DNA from: Isurus oxyrinchus
Lineage: Eukaryota
Length of the DNA stretch: 64,000 nucleotides
Direction: 5' to 3'
NCBI GenBank assembly: GCA_026770705.1
Contig: JANJGN010000151.1
Coordinates: 124,001 to 188,000 of the forward strand
Made by a program: the position numbers and the translations under genes. Of this stretch, positions 1-11,612 are shown piece after piece. The notes under the pieces are model-generated. The model was not told the DNA's origin. It saw only the letters and a list, made by a program, of their open reading frames with translations, and ran no database searches. How positions within the stretch are numbered: position 1 is the stretch's first letter; the number at the start of each line of letters is the position of its first letter.

Positions 1-228
1 ACCGGCGAACCGTGGCTTATTATTGTAACCAGGAAACAGAAAGCTGACCTGACCAGAAGGACAGTCAGAACAGTGACTCCACTGAGATTTCCCTCAAGCA
101 TCAGTTAACTATTGAGCTAAGGACGATTCTGTGTTTTGCCTCAGTGCTTTTGAGATCCGTGATATTATAAGGGTGACATTTATTCTTACTGAACAAGTAA
201 TTGAACAAACCTAGAGATACAAATCTAG

Positions 229-567
229 AGGAATTCACCAAGGCTCTTTCGATAGCAACTTCCAAACCCACGACCACTACCATCTAGAAGGACTAGGACA
301 TCAAATACATGGGAACACCACCACCTGGAAGTTCCCCTCCCAGTCACTTACCATCCAGAATTGGAAATATATCGCCGTTCCTTCACCTGTCGCTGGGTCA
401 AAATTCTGGAAATCCTTCCTAACAGCACTGTGGGTGTGCCTACACCACGTGGACTGCAGCAGTTCAAGAAGGCAACTTAGCACTACCTTCTCAAGGGCAA
501 CTAGGGGTGGATAATAAATGCTGACCCAGCCAGCGAAGCCCACATCCCGTGTATAAATAAAAAAAAC
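229..567 (+). mobile_element. 3' end of HER1-like LINE (CR1/L2 group), truncated
   Basis: Ends in ggataataaatgctgacccagccagcgaagcccacatccc plus an A-tail, the tail shared with HE1 SINEs; homologous to 38570-39155 and 58520-59640. Confidence 0.75.
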
Positions 568-2357
568 AGCTCTACCTCTAATTTAAACAACATTTCGAGC
601 ACTGACCCCTGCTGTAGTTTATTTAAAATTTTGTTTGAAACTCAGTGGTGGATTCTGCCCATCTTTGCGCAAGTAAGGATATATTTAAACAGCCATAACT
701 TTCAGACTTCGGGTTTGCAAATAGAGAGAAAAGAGATTGTGTCACATCGACTCTGTGCAGCCAGTTACAGAGGACAGAAAGCTCCAGGCGGGTCAAAGCT
801 CCCAGGGTGAGGTGCAGGGGGAATACTCATTAACAAGAACTTAACACACACAGTGCATGAAAAACTGTCCTTACAATTCTCAATCAGGTTAGAAAAAGAT
901 GTGGTGCTGAGAGAAGCAAAATAAAAGGGGTTTGAATTGTCCTTCACTCCTTTATCATCGATCCCCACCCTCGATATAGTGAATGGCTTCAGAAATCACA
1001 TCTCATCACATCTTTCCTTCATATTTTCATATCCCTTTCTCCGTCTTCAGGAATATCATCTCAGGTTGTATTCATCCTTTTTTTTAAATATCCATTTCCT
1101 CCTCTTCAGAAATCCGAACTCAGTTGTATCTTTCCTTCATATTTTAACATTCTTTTCACCATCTTCCACACCTTTCACCCACTTGCCTTGCCCAGTGAAT
1201 AGTATCAGATTTTAATCCGTCGATATGACTTTCCGAGGATCATTCAGGAAGAGCTGCTGTTGAAGTAGAAACAGAGATAGACTGCTGACTGTGATTGATG
1301 TACTTTGAAAATACATTGAGAATTCAACTCGGGGTATCCGGCCCCCACCATGGACCTGTCTTAATGCAAGGTAAACATGCAAAATTTTCAATGGCTTCAT
1401 TTGCCAACCCAGTCATCTTAAGCCAGATTAGTCACATAAAGATAACAAGTGAATGTCCCAATTGGATACGTCATACTTCAAGATCGTGGTTAGAATCATA
1501 AAATGATGGAAAGGAAGACCATTCATCCCATCTTATCCGTGCCGACCCTCTGTGAGAGCAGCTAAGCCAGAATCACTGCCTTTCCCCCGTCGCCCTGCAA
1601 ATCGTTCCCGAAATTCCAGCAAGATCAGTTGTCTGGAAAATCTTTTTTATTATCATTGATCAATTCACTTTTTGATGTTTTTATTTTGCAGAGATCGGCT
1701 AATGTGGCAGCCTCCTATCTATTTATTCTCCGGCATCTAACCAGGTGGCTGACATGTTTCTCTCCGACACGTCCGATATTTGGGCTGGTTGCAGTTTGCA
1801 AAGTCAAAAGCGATTGGTGACAATTTAGTTTGGTGGGGTAGTCAGGTCCTTGTGATCTGCCCGAAATCGGCCTTCACCCACTGCGCCTCTGTGTTGAAAT
1901 CTGGGCAGACAAAGTGGATCCACGCCTAACTTTTTAGAGGAAGGTGACTGGTCTGAGCAGTCAGTCAGAAAGTTAATCTTTTAAAGCACTCAGGACTACC
2001 GAATTCAAGGGAGACACCAGTGTTATTGCTGCCGATGAATGGATCTACCCAGCCGAGAGAGGCGGGGGTGGGGGATGCTGGTGGGGGTGGGGGTGGGGGG
2101 GGTGGGGGTAGGAAACAAACAATTGATATGGCTGGAACAAAATGTAAAATTGCCTTAATAATTGAACAGTAAGAAGGTAGAATGGAAAACATGCAGACCT
2201 GCTGGTGTTGAGATAATAACTGCAGATGAATTTGAAAGAGATCCGAGAGTCGGTTTCGAACTGGAGGGAAGGCAGTCGAGAATGTCTTGGATACTGGCAG
2301 TAAGGGATATCTTTTCATGATACCTTGACATTGGCAGGGTCAAAGGGTATCATATCT

Positions 2358-4757
2358 CAAGTGAGTTGTCTCAATTTCTCTGCTCCTCTCACCCATTCTA
2401 ATTTGTCCCTCTCTGAACTTACTGCATTCCGTTCTCTCAGATCCAACCCCAACATTGTCATCAAACATGCTGACAAGGGTGGTGTTGCTGTTGTCTGGCG
2501 CACTGACCTCCATCTCACGGTGGCTGAGCGTCAACTCGCAAACACTTCCTCGTACCTGTCCCTGAGCCATGACCTCACCACTGAACATCAAGCCATTGTT
2601 TCCAGGACTGTCACTGACCTCATCTCCGCTAGAGATCTTCCTCCCACGGCTTCCAACCTGATAGTCGCCCAACCTAGGATGGCCTGCTTCTACCTCCTAC
2701 CCAAAATCCACAACCAGAACTGTCCCGGTGGACTGATCGCTTTTGCCTTCTTCTGCCCCACAGAACTCATTTCTCATTATCTTGACTTCCTTCTCTCTCC
2801 CCTTGTGCAGTCCCCTCCCACCTACATCCATGATTCCTCTGACACCTTACGCCACATCAACAATTTCCAGTTCCCTGGCCCCAACCGCTTCCTCTTCACC
2901 ATGGACGTCCAATCCCTCTACACCTCCATTCACCCACCAGGATGGTCTGAGGGCCCTTAGCATCTTCCTCGAACAGATGCCCGAACAATCCCCATCCACC
3001 ACTGCGCTCCTCCGTCTGGCTGAACTTGTTCTCACACTGAACAATTTCTCCTTTAACTCCTCTCTCTTCCTCCAAATAAAAGGTGTGGCTATGGGTACCG
3101 GCATGGGCCCCTGCTATGCCTGTCTCTTTATGGGGTATGTGGAACATTCCTTGTTCCAGTCCTACTATGGCCCCCTTCACAACTCTTTCTCCGGTACATC
3201 GATGATTATTTTGGTGCTGCTTCATGCTCTCGTCGGGACTTGGAAAAAATTATTAATTTTGCTTCCAATCTCCATGCCTCCATCATTTTCACATGGTCCA
3301 TCTCTGACACTTCCCTTCCCTTCCTTGACCTCTCGGTCTCAATCTCTCATGATAGACTGTCCACCAATATCCATTACAAGCCTAACGACTCCCACAGCTA
3401 CCTCGACTACAGCTCCTCACACCTCGCTTCCTGTAAGGAATACACCCCATTCTCTCAGTTCCTTCGCCTCCATCGCATTTGTTCCGATGATGCTACCTTC
3501 AAAAACAGTTCCTCTGAAATGTCCTCCTTCTTCCTTAACCGAGATTTTCCACCCATGGTCGTTGACAAGGCCCTCAACCATGTCTGGCCAATCTCCCGTG
3601 CATCCGCCCTCACGCCTTCTCCTCCCTCCCAGAAACATGATAGGGTCCCCCTTTATCCTCACTTATCGCCCCATCAGTCTCTGCATTCAAGGGATCATCC
3701 TCCACCATTTCCGCCAACTCCAGCATGATGCCACCACCAAACACATCTTCCCTTCACACCCCCCGGCGGCATTCCATAGGGATCGTTCCTTCCGCACACC
3801 CTGGCCCACTCCTCCATCACCTCCTACTCCTCAACCCACACCTATGGCACCTCCCCATGCCCATGCAAAAGATGCAAGACTTGCCGCTTCACGTCCTCTC
3901 TCCTCACTGTCCAAGGACCCAAACACTCACTTCAAGTGAAGCAGCATTTCACTTGCATTCCCCCAACTTAGTCTACTGCATTCGTTGCTCTCAATGTGGT
4001 CTCCTCTACATTGGAGAGACCAAACATAAACTGGGCGACCGCTTTGCAGAATACCTGTGGTCTGTCCGCACGAATGACCCAAACCTCCCTGTCGCTTGCC
4101 ATTTTAACACTCCACCCTTCTCTCTTGTTCAGAAGTCTGTCCTTGGCTTGCTGCATTGTTCCAGTGAAGCCTAACGCAAACTGGAGGAATAGCACCTCAT
4201 CTTTGACTAGGCACTTTACAGCCTTCCGGACTGAATATTGAATTCAGCAACTTTAGATCTTGAACTCCCTCCTCCAACCCCAGCCCCTTTCTGTTTCTTC
4301 CCCCTTCCTTTTGTTTTTTTCCAATAATTTATACTGATTTTTCTTTTCCCACCTATTTCCATTATTTTTAAATATTTTATGCCTTGCTACTCTTTCCACC
4401 CCACCTCCACTAGAGCTGTATCTTTGGTGCCCTACCATGCATTCTTAATTAGCACATTCGTTTACATAATATCACCACCTTCAACACCTCTGTGCTCTTT
4501 TGTTCTTTTGTCTGTGACATATTTTGATTATTTGCTCCTATCACTGCTTGCTTGTCCCTACAACCACACCACCACCCCCACCCCCACTTCTCACCCCCCC
4601 CCCCCCGACCCACCTTAAACCAGCTTATATTTCACCCCTCTCCTTATATTCACCCAGTTCTGTGTAAGCGTCATGAGGACTCGAAACGTCAACTTTTTTC
4701 TTCTCCGCCGATGCTGCCAGACCTGCTGAGTTTTTCCAGGTAATTCTGTTTTTGTTC
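2358..4757 (+). mobile_element. Penelope-like retroelement, 5'-truncated, frameshifted RT and GIY-YIG endonuclease
   Basis: RT motifs FTMDVQSLYTSI, KGVAMGT and LRYIDD; GIY-YIG motif LVYCIRCSQCGLLYIGET; 14-bp TSD agggtatcatatct at 2344-2357 and 4758-4771. Confidence 0.92.
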
Positions 4758-4914
4758 AGGGTATCATATCTGTCGTCGCTGTTTAATTGCAACATTTACC
4801 TGTGCAGCACATGGTCAAAACAGGCGTGAGGAAGTTGCTTCAATATTAAGATGCCCATTGAAAATGATATAACTCCACCTCTCTATGAGATCCATGTTAG
4901 TCCATGTTAGGTTC

Positions 4915-5787
4915 GCGAAATGAATTCCAATGCTACTATTTAGCTGCAAATACCTTCACCATTGAGCTCCGGTTGAAGTGTGCGGGTGAAAGCAAATTTT
5001 GGATGACAGAAAAATCCGAACCCAATCCGAATTGTAATCCAATGTAGTGGCAAATGTATTTAATTTCAAACTGTCAACTTGAGGTAACTAGCTTATTAGT
5101 AATCAAATAAGGTATGAAATTTTTAACATTAGCAAAGATAGAATATTATGAATTCAAACCGAAGGGCTGAGAATAATATTTGTTTGTGAATTTAGATCGA
5201 AGCAAATGCCAGTCAGCATTCTTTGGGACAATATGACCTGTGGTAGACACAGCGACCCGGCAGCGCCACCTGCTGGCCTGGTTTAAATGATCAAATTTGA
5301 AAGGATCACGGAGATCATTGCTCACGATTTGTGTTCTCTCTGTTTCCATTATTCGTTTTGATTCAGGATAACGAACGGAACGCTCCACCCAACTTCCACC
5401 AAAGTTGAACGAGAACCTCCCTCATACTTCACTCTGGGAGGTGAAGTCCCAGAAGCCTGTTTCTAGCGGGTACAGCGTTCTGATGCTCGTTAAGATTCAT
5501 GCGCAACAGCACTGACTTCAGAAGCAGCTACCCTGACCTGGATCTCCCGAGAATTAATTTACCGAAGTTGATAGGACACGACATAAATCTAAGCTTCATT
5601 TTATTGATGGCCTTTCTGGATTTCGCACTCTATCCTCCACGTGATTGCAGCGAAATGAATTCCAATGCTATTATTTAGCTGCAAATACCTTCACCATTGA
5701 GCTCCGGTTGAAGTGTGCGGGTGAAAGCAAATTTTGGATGACAGAAAAATCCAAACCCAATCCGAATTGTAATTCAATGTAGTGGCA
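4915..5787 (+). repeat. 138-bp direct repeat pair (4915-5052 and 5650-5787)
   Basis: The two copies differ at only 3 positions. Confidence 0.9.
5263..5276 (-). promoter_or_regulatory. CTCF-like motif
   Basis: CCAGCAGGTGGCGC on the minus strand matches the CTCF core consensus. Confidence 0.65.
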
Positions 5788-5869
5788 CACATCATTAGAT
5801 ACAATATGAGTATAATATCGTATATAGTGCAATTTATATTACCACAGTATAACATATAGTATTCGTTTA

Positions 5870-6130
5870 TAGTGTGTGGGCATCACCGGCTGGGCCACCA
5901 TTTATTACCCATCTCTCTCTAGTTGACCTTGTTCACAGGGTAATTTAAGAGTCAACTACGTTGGTATGGGACTGGAGTCACATGTTGGCCAGGCCAAGTA
6001 GCGATGGTAGATTTCCTGCCCTATAGAGCATAAATGAACCAGATGGGTTTTTACGACAACCGACAGTGGTTTCATCGTCATATTCCCAGATTTGTATTGA
6101 ATTCAAATTTCGCGATTTGCCGGGGTTCTA
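5870..6130 (-). mobile_element. HE1-type SINE, degraded
   Basis: Reverse complement of the SINE at 54788-55158. Confidence 0.7.
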
Positions 6131-6319
6131 AATATATTTATGTATATATATGTACATATATATAAAATATAGTTATGCTATATTCTGTTGGATTGCATTT
6201 TCCTGTATTCTATCAACTTGTATTTTGTTATTTTATATTTTATTGTTGTATGTTATAAGGAGTTGCGTTATATTTTACTAATTATGCGACATTATATCTA
6301 ATGCAACTGGCAGTGATGG

Positions 6320-6600
6320 AACATGACAGTCAGCGGCTGTTGCAGAAGGGGACATTGTATCATTGACCTGTATGATCACTGTAGCAAGGCGGATCCAACA
6401 ATGGTACAGACAATATCCAGACTGAACAGTGCAGCACCTGGCGACAAGTACTAGCGATGGAAAAAGGATCAAAGCTTCGCCCAATTTAGCATAGTGAAGT
6501 GTTCTGAATGTTAGCGACACTTCAGTGACAGACGGTGCCACCAATTCCTGTTCGTTGGAGACACAAGGTGTTACCTCGCAATAAGGATCATAGAAAAGCC
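6320..6600 (+). pseudogene. TCR V pseudogene (family F) with 23-RSS
   Basis: AEGDIVSLTC..QQWYRQYPD*..SVLNVSDTSVTDGATNSC with in-frame stops; RSS CACAAGG (6562-6568), 23 bp, AGAAAAGCC (6592-6600). Confidence 0.85.
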
Positions 6601-6719
6601 TTCTGAGGGACAGGGTGACAATTTGTAGTCTCTGCCATCATCAAAGAACTGGGAGCTTGATAACAATCTCCCTGGAAGAGGGCTCTGAGTCCCCTAATAA
6701 GTGAGTGAAAGCAGGATGG

Positions 6720-7410
6720 ACATGCATTTCAACACACCACCCTGCTGTCATGCCCACATGTCCATTTTTGGCCTGCTGCAATGTTCCAGTGAAGCTCAAT
6801 GCAAACTGGAGGAACAGCACCTCATCTTCCGACAAGGCACTTTACAGCCTTCTGGACTGAATACTGAGTTCAACAAGTTTAGATCATGAACTCTCTCCTC
6901 CTTCCCCACCCCCTTGCCAATCCCCGTTTTTTCCAATAATTAATATAGATTTTTCTTTTCCCAGCTACTTCCATTATTTTTAAATGTATTTCCAACCATT
7001 GCTTTATCTCTACCTTTTAGCTTATTTCGATCCCTGCTCCCCACCCCACCCCCACTAGGGCTATCTGTACCTTGCTCGTCCTGATTTCTACCCTTAATGT
7101 CACCTATTAGCACATTTCATAGATAATATCACCACCGTCAACATCTCTTTGTCCTTTTTGCTGTGACATCTTTTGGTTATCTTTTGGCCCTCTATCCAGC
7201 CCTACTTGTCCCACCCCAGCCGCGCCCCCTTAAACCAGCTTATATTTCACATCTCTTCTATTTTTCCTTAGTTCTGAAGAAGAGTCATACGGACTCGAAA
7301 CGTTAACTGTGTTCCTCTCCGCAGATGCTGTCAGACCTGCTAAGTTTTTCCAGGTATTTGTATTTTTATTTTTGTTTTGGATTTCCAGCATCCGCAGATT
7401 TTTGCTTTTA
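6720..7410 (+). mobile_element. Penelope-like 3' fragment that truncates a V exon
   Basis: HFNTPPC..GLNTEFNKFRS end and the same 3' terminus as the other Penelope copies. Confidence 0.85.
7270..7308 (+). ncRNA. Minimal type I hammerhead ribozyme motif in a Penelope terminus
   Basis: agtt-CTGAAGA-a-gagtc(atacg)gactc-GAAAC-GTT-aact gives the core boxes, stem II and stem I (agtt/aact). Confidence 0.65.
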
Positions 7411-7683
7411 TCACATCTAAAACAGTTGGTGTCAGCGGAGAGTGAGTTACTGGATCTGCAAATAGTCCGACTCTGGAGGTAGATAAACAAAAGAGCACGA
7501 GCTTAAATATAAACTTGTGTCTATCTGTATGTATGTGCAAATCCCCACCTACCAAGCTGTCTATAATATGCATGTACCCGATCGCTAGCCGCATTCAATC
7601 CTCATGCAAACCAGCTAACCAGACTTGATGAACATAATTCAGTACTTACTGTCCAACAGCGCAGCCAGTATTATCAGAAACAT
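7411..7683 (-). pseudogene. TCR V pseudogene (family A): leader and first FR1 codons
   Basis: Leader MFLIILAALLD|gtaagt (7683-7650); exon GLFADPVTHSPLTPTVLD interrupted by the Penelope fragment. Confidence 0.85.
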
Positions 7684-7787
7684 TATCTAGTTCTGTCCAA
7701 GGGTCATGAGGACTCGAAACGTCAACTCTTTTCTTCTCCGCCGATGCTGCCAGACCTGCTGAGTTTTTCCAGGTAATTCTGTTTTTG
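7684..7787 (+). mobile_element. Short Penelope terminal fragment inserted at a V start codon
   Basis: 13-bp TSD ttatcagaaacat at 7671-7683 and 7788-7800. Confidence 0.88.
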
Positions 7788-9051
7788 TTATCAGAAACAT
7801 GTCTGACTGAATCTCTCTCAGTAAATGTGAATGCAATGGGCCAGAGAGTGAGAAGGAGAGAGGGAACCCAGGCTCTGATCAGCTCATTGTTCCAACCTCA
7901 CACTGCAGGGGGCCAGGCCCGTTGTGACTACACTCAGGCTACCATCCTTATAGGCCCTTATAGGTCACACGTGACTTTCTAATCAACATGAATGAACTTA
8001 GTGCGCTCTTCAGGGAGCTCTGTTCGATTTATTTTAGAATGGGGCCTTTCAGTGGGTGGAGGGTTCATTGGTATACATATCAAAAGATGCATGTCAGACA
8101 TTGTTTCCCAGATATTTAATTTGGAGCTGATCAGACCTAGGCTTTTTTTATGTTTATGCCAGAAAGTAATGCAATTCTTTCCATGATACTGTTTAAAAAT
8201 CAGGGGACCAATATTCATACAAAATGACAAGATATCAGATATTAGACATTAGAAGTAATGCACCAGGCAGGTACCAAGGGTGACGCCCTTAAGTGTCAAC
8301 AGACGAGGGAAACGGGCGTTATTCCTTTCTCAACTATTTAAAGAAGATAATTAATTGAAGTACTCAAAATGATAAAAGGTCTGATGTAATAAATCACGCA
8401 CTATTGCGTCTAGTAGCAGAAAATTCGATAACCCATGAGCCCCATTTTCAGAGAAAAAAAAAGATGAGGAAAAGATGAAATTCACTTAATACACCGTGTC
8501 AAAATCTTAACTGCACCACCCAAAGGATGGAAGAAGAATATTCAATCGTAACCTTCAGAAGGAAATGTTTTGTACGTTGAAAATGCGAAAACTTGCCCCT
8601 CATGCGGAAATTGCAAGAGTTGAAAGACGATTTGATAACTCTTCCAAACAGACACAGGGATGGTATGGCAAATGGTCTAATTCAATAGTTTAAAATTCTA
8701 TGATTCAAGTTTATTCATGCCTCTTCTGCTCGATTTGTTCTCTGTCACTTAAACAGTGAGCAGGTGCAGGATTGTCACAAAGTTGTGAAATTTCACCCGT
8801 CGCTATTTCCGCTCCCTCAGTTCAGAGAGCAGCTGAGAGTCACCGTGCACTTCACTTAATATCGAGTCTGCGGTATCCCCGCCCGCAGCTTTCGTTTCCT
8901 GCTCCCACTCTGAACCGATTATAATTGGAGAGTTTACTGACGCTGATTCATTCTTTTCATTGTTCGGGTCAGCAGTGCAGTGGGACGGGGATCTATCTTT
9001 CTGCTTTGACAGAAGAGTTTTGGCACGTAGGTTGCAGACTGAGGACGTATT

Positions 9052-9579
9052 ATGGGGGACAATTTCACTCCACTCCTCATTGATATATCATTTCTCAGTA
9101 AGCATCTCCTTCCCGGTAAAATCCATTGTCCTCCTGATTGCTGTGACCCAGATGTCATTGCTGTTCAAATAATGGTGACGGCGATCATGACGATTATGTG
9201 TACTGACTATTGTTGTTACTTTTCTTTAATGTTAGAATGGAACTACCAGGACACAATGGAACAGCCGGCTCATGAAATAATGGATGAAGAGAAAATTAGT
9301 TTTGCGCAAACTTGCACTTTGAAAGCAAGAAATCACAGCTTTTATGTGTACTGGCACAGTGAGCATCCCAGGCAGCCTCCAGAGTGGGTGTTGCATCATA
9401 TTGGAGAGAATGTGCACAGGAGCAGCGAGATCACTGATCAGTTTTCTTCTACACTTAATAAAACTGCCAGGATCACTGATCTAACGATCGGCAACATGCT
9501 GATTTCCAACTCCACCTTGTATTGATGTGCCATGAGCCCAACACTGCTGCAGAGAGATAGCGGGTCCCAGACTGCAACT
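9052..9579 (+). pseudogene. TCR V pseudogene (family B)
   Basis: Leader 9052-9097; V exon from 9236; TGA in the Y-x-C motif; heptamer mutated to AACACTG (9540-9546). Confidence 0.9.
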
Positions 9580-10394
9580 CACAGAGTTTTTCAGTTTGCG
9601 CTGAGCAGAGGGCGCACTCACACCGTCAAAACAGAAGGAATGATTCAAATCCCACTGTGAGATCAGGTGAACCTTGTTAAAAGATCATTAAACATTTAAT
9701 ATTCATCAAGAACAGCTGTTTCGATTAGTTTGCGGTTGAAATTTGAATTTATAATTAAAGCGAGCTTTACAAATGGCAATGTAATGCCTCAATTCCACTT
9801 TTCTTTATCGACGCATTTCCCTGCTGTCGTGTTTCCTATCAATCCGTCTCCATTCGGTAAACAGAATTGTGCACAGTTTCTTCTTTTAGTCTTTAATTTC
9901 AGTAGATTGTCCTTTGCTACTTCTCTGTCCAGTAATTCAGAATCAGTCCAACCCCGATGCCTGTAGATTTAGCCCTGGATTCAAGAGAGGTTATTCATTA
10001 AACATTTACGTATTACTGAATAATATTACAATCCTGATACTCCTGTCCCGAATTTACTCGTATCCAGTATGGAATGAATATGAATTACCACAACCGTCCG
10101 AGAGAGTCAGAGTTACATCCTTTTCGAAGGAGACATTACTCCTGAGTTCACTTGTTTGCAGATGAATCCGACTGTGTGATATCACTATCAGCTATAACCC
10201 CGCCCACAGCATCGGTTTGCTGTCGTCAGCATCACCCGCTTCCTTGCCCTTTATTATTGGAGAATTTGCTGCCTTTGTTCTCTGCTTGGAATTGATTAGA
10301 TGAGCAAGTCAGTGGGGACTCGGGGTGGGATTCTGTACTTCTGCTCCGACAGAGGGTTTCCCTTGACTTCACAGTTACAGACACATCGAACATC

Positions 10395-10867
10395 ATGCAG
10401 AACTGTCTCACACTGCTCCTCATCGTTATATCCCTTCTCAGTAAGTGTTCACGCCCACGAAAAATTCATTATTCCCAGAAACACCCTCACCCAGATGTTA
10501 CTGCTTTGTGAAATGATGATGATGTTAACAATATCGATGTCTCTTATTCTTAAATTATGTTAGAATTGAGCCGCCAAGACAAAGTGGAACAGCCGGTTCT
10601 TGAAAAGGTTGCTGAAGAGGAAGGCAATCTCACCCTAAACTGCACCTTAAAAACAAACGTTGGTAATCCTACTGTGCTCTGGTACAGTCAGCACCCCGGG
10701 GAGCCTCCACAGAAAATGTTTTATATTATTGGAGGGATAATAAACCGCAACCCAGGTTTGGCTGCCCGCTCCAATTCTGCGTTCGATAAAACAGCCAAGA
10801 ACACCGAGCTAACGATCGGTAAGGTCGTGATCTCTGACACCGCGGTGTATTTCTGTGCCATGAGATC
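10395..10867 (+). CDS. Intact TCR alpha/delta-type V segment (family B): leader 10395-10440, V exon 10564-10867
   Basis: MQNCLTLLLIVISLL|KLSRQDKVEQ..LNC..LWYSQ..DTAVYFCAMRS; GT-AG phase-1 intron; Cys23, Trp41 and Cys104 present. Confidence 0.93.
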
Positions 10868-10906
10868 CACACTGCTGCAGAGAAAAGCGGACTCCACACA
10901 AAAACC
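10868..10906 (+). other. 23-RSS
   Basis: CACACTG, 23 bp, ACAAAAACC. Confidence 0.95.
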
Positions 10907-10928
10907 AACACTGGGGTTTGCAGTTGGT

Positions 10929-10947
10929 GCTCGCCAGAGGGTGCTGT
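10929..10947 (+). promoter_or_regulatory. RSS-proximal CTCF-like motif
   Basis: tcgccagagggtgctg; equivalent motifs at 9600-9618, 56660-56678 and 62692-62710. Confidence 0.5.
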
Positions 10948-11284
10948 CACACCGACAAAACAAAGCTCCCAAACAGCCTCCACAGTGGGAATATCTGGGA
11001 TATCCCCCACCGCAACCCGCCCACCCCCCCCCCTCCCCACCCCCTCCCCCCCCTATCCCCACCACCACCACCAAAATAGTAACAAAACCACAGTTAACAA
11101 AATCAGGCAAGTCTCACTTGTGCAATTACATTTTTATATTTTGCTGATTTCAACTGGTAACTCAGCGATCAATTTAAAGTGGTAGAAGTTTAAAGTGGAA
11201 AGTGGGATTAGACTGGGTGACTCGTTTTTCAGCCGGCGCAGACAACGATGGGCCAAGTAACCTCTTTCAGCTCCGCTATCTTTC

Positions 11285-11612
11285 TGAGAACCTGTCTGAA
11301 AAATCCTGAGACGTATCTCCCGCGCTGTGTACTTTCAATAAATATCCCGGAGCATCCCGGGATACTTGACGCACCAGGAGAGAGTTCGAGCAGCAATTGT
11401 CGATTAATTGCGGTTCGGTATTATGGTCTGCCCTTCCAGAGCTGTTAATTCAGAGGGGCCCTGAGACAATTCATCTTCGCCAATAGTTTCTGTAACACAT
11501 TACAGAACTTACTAAATATCTGACGGTGAATATAATCCATGGAAGAGACATTGATTATTAAAAACAAACTCACCGGGCAGCAAGACCAATATTAGGAATA
11601 TAGGGGTCACAT
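11285..11612 (-). pseudogene. TCR V pseudogene (family C), 3'-truncated
   Basis: Broken leader 11612-11574|gtgag; exon from 11489 ETIGEDELSQGPSELTALEGQT..WCVKYPG..YLLK..DRFS; promoter is an inverted paralog of 56010-56080. Confidence 0.8.

Noticed and set aside
1-200. Possible 3' half of a decayed V (EPWLII..KADL..SIS*L..DSVFC)
   Set aside because: Too degenerate, cut by the window edge, and no credible RSS
849-887. Isolated CACAGTG heptamer
   Set aside because: No nonamer at 12 or 23 bp and no V coding sequence upstream
1212-1360. Minus-strand acceptor followed by VHGGG..LFLLQQQ, a possible V remnant
   Set aside because: No Cys, Trp, FR3 or RSS recognisable
2743-3939. Long ORFs of 398 aa and 401 aa (30542-31747) as novel genes
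   Set aside because: They are frameshifted, partly off-frame readings of Penelope RT/endonuclease
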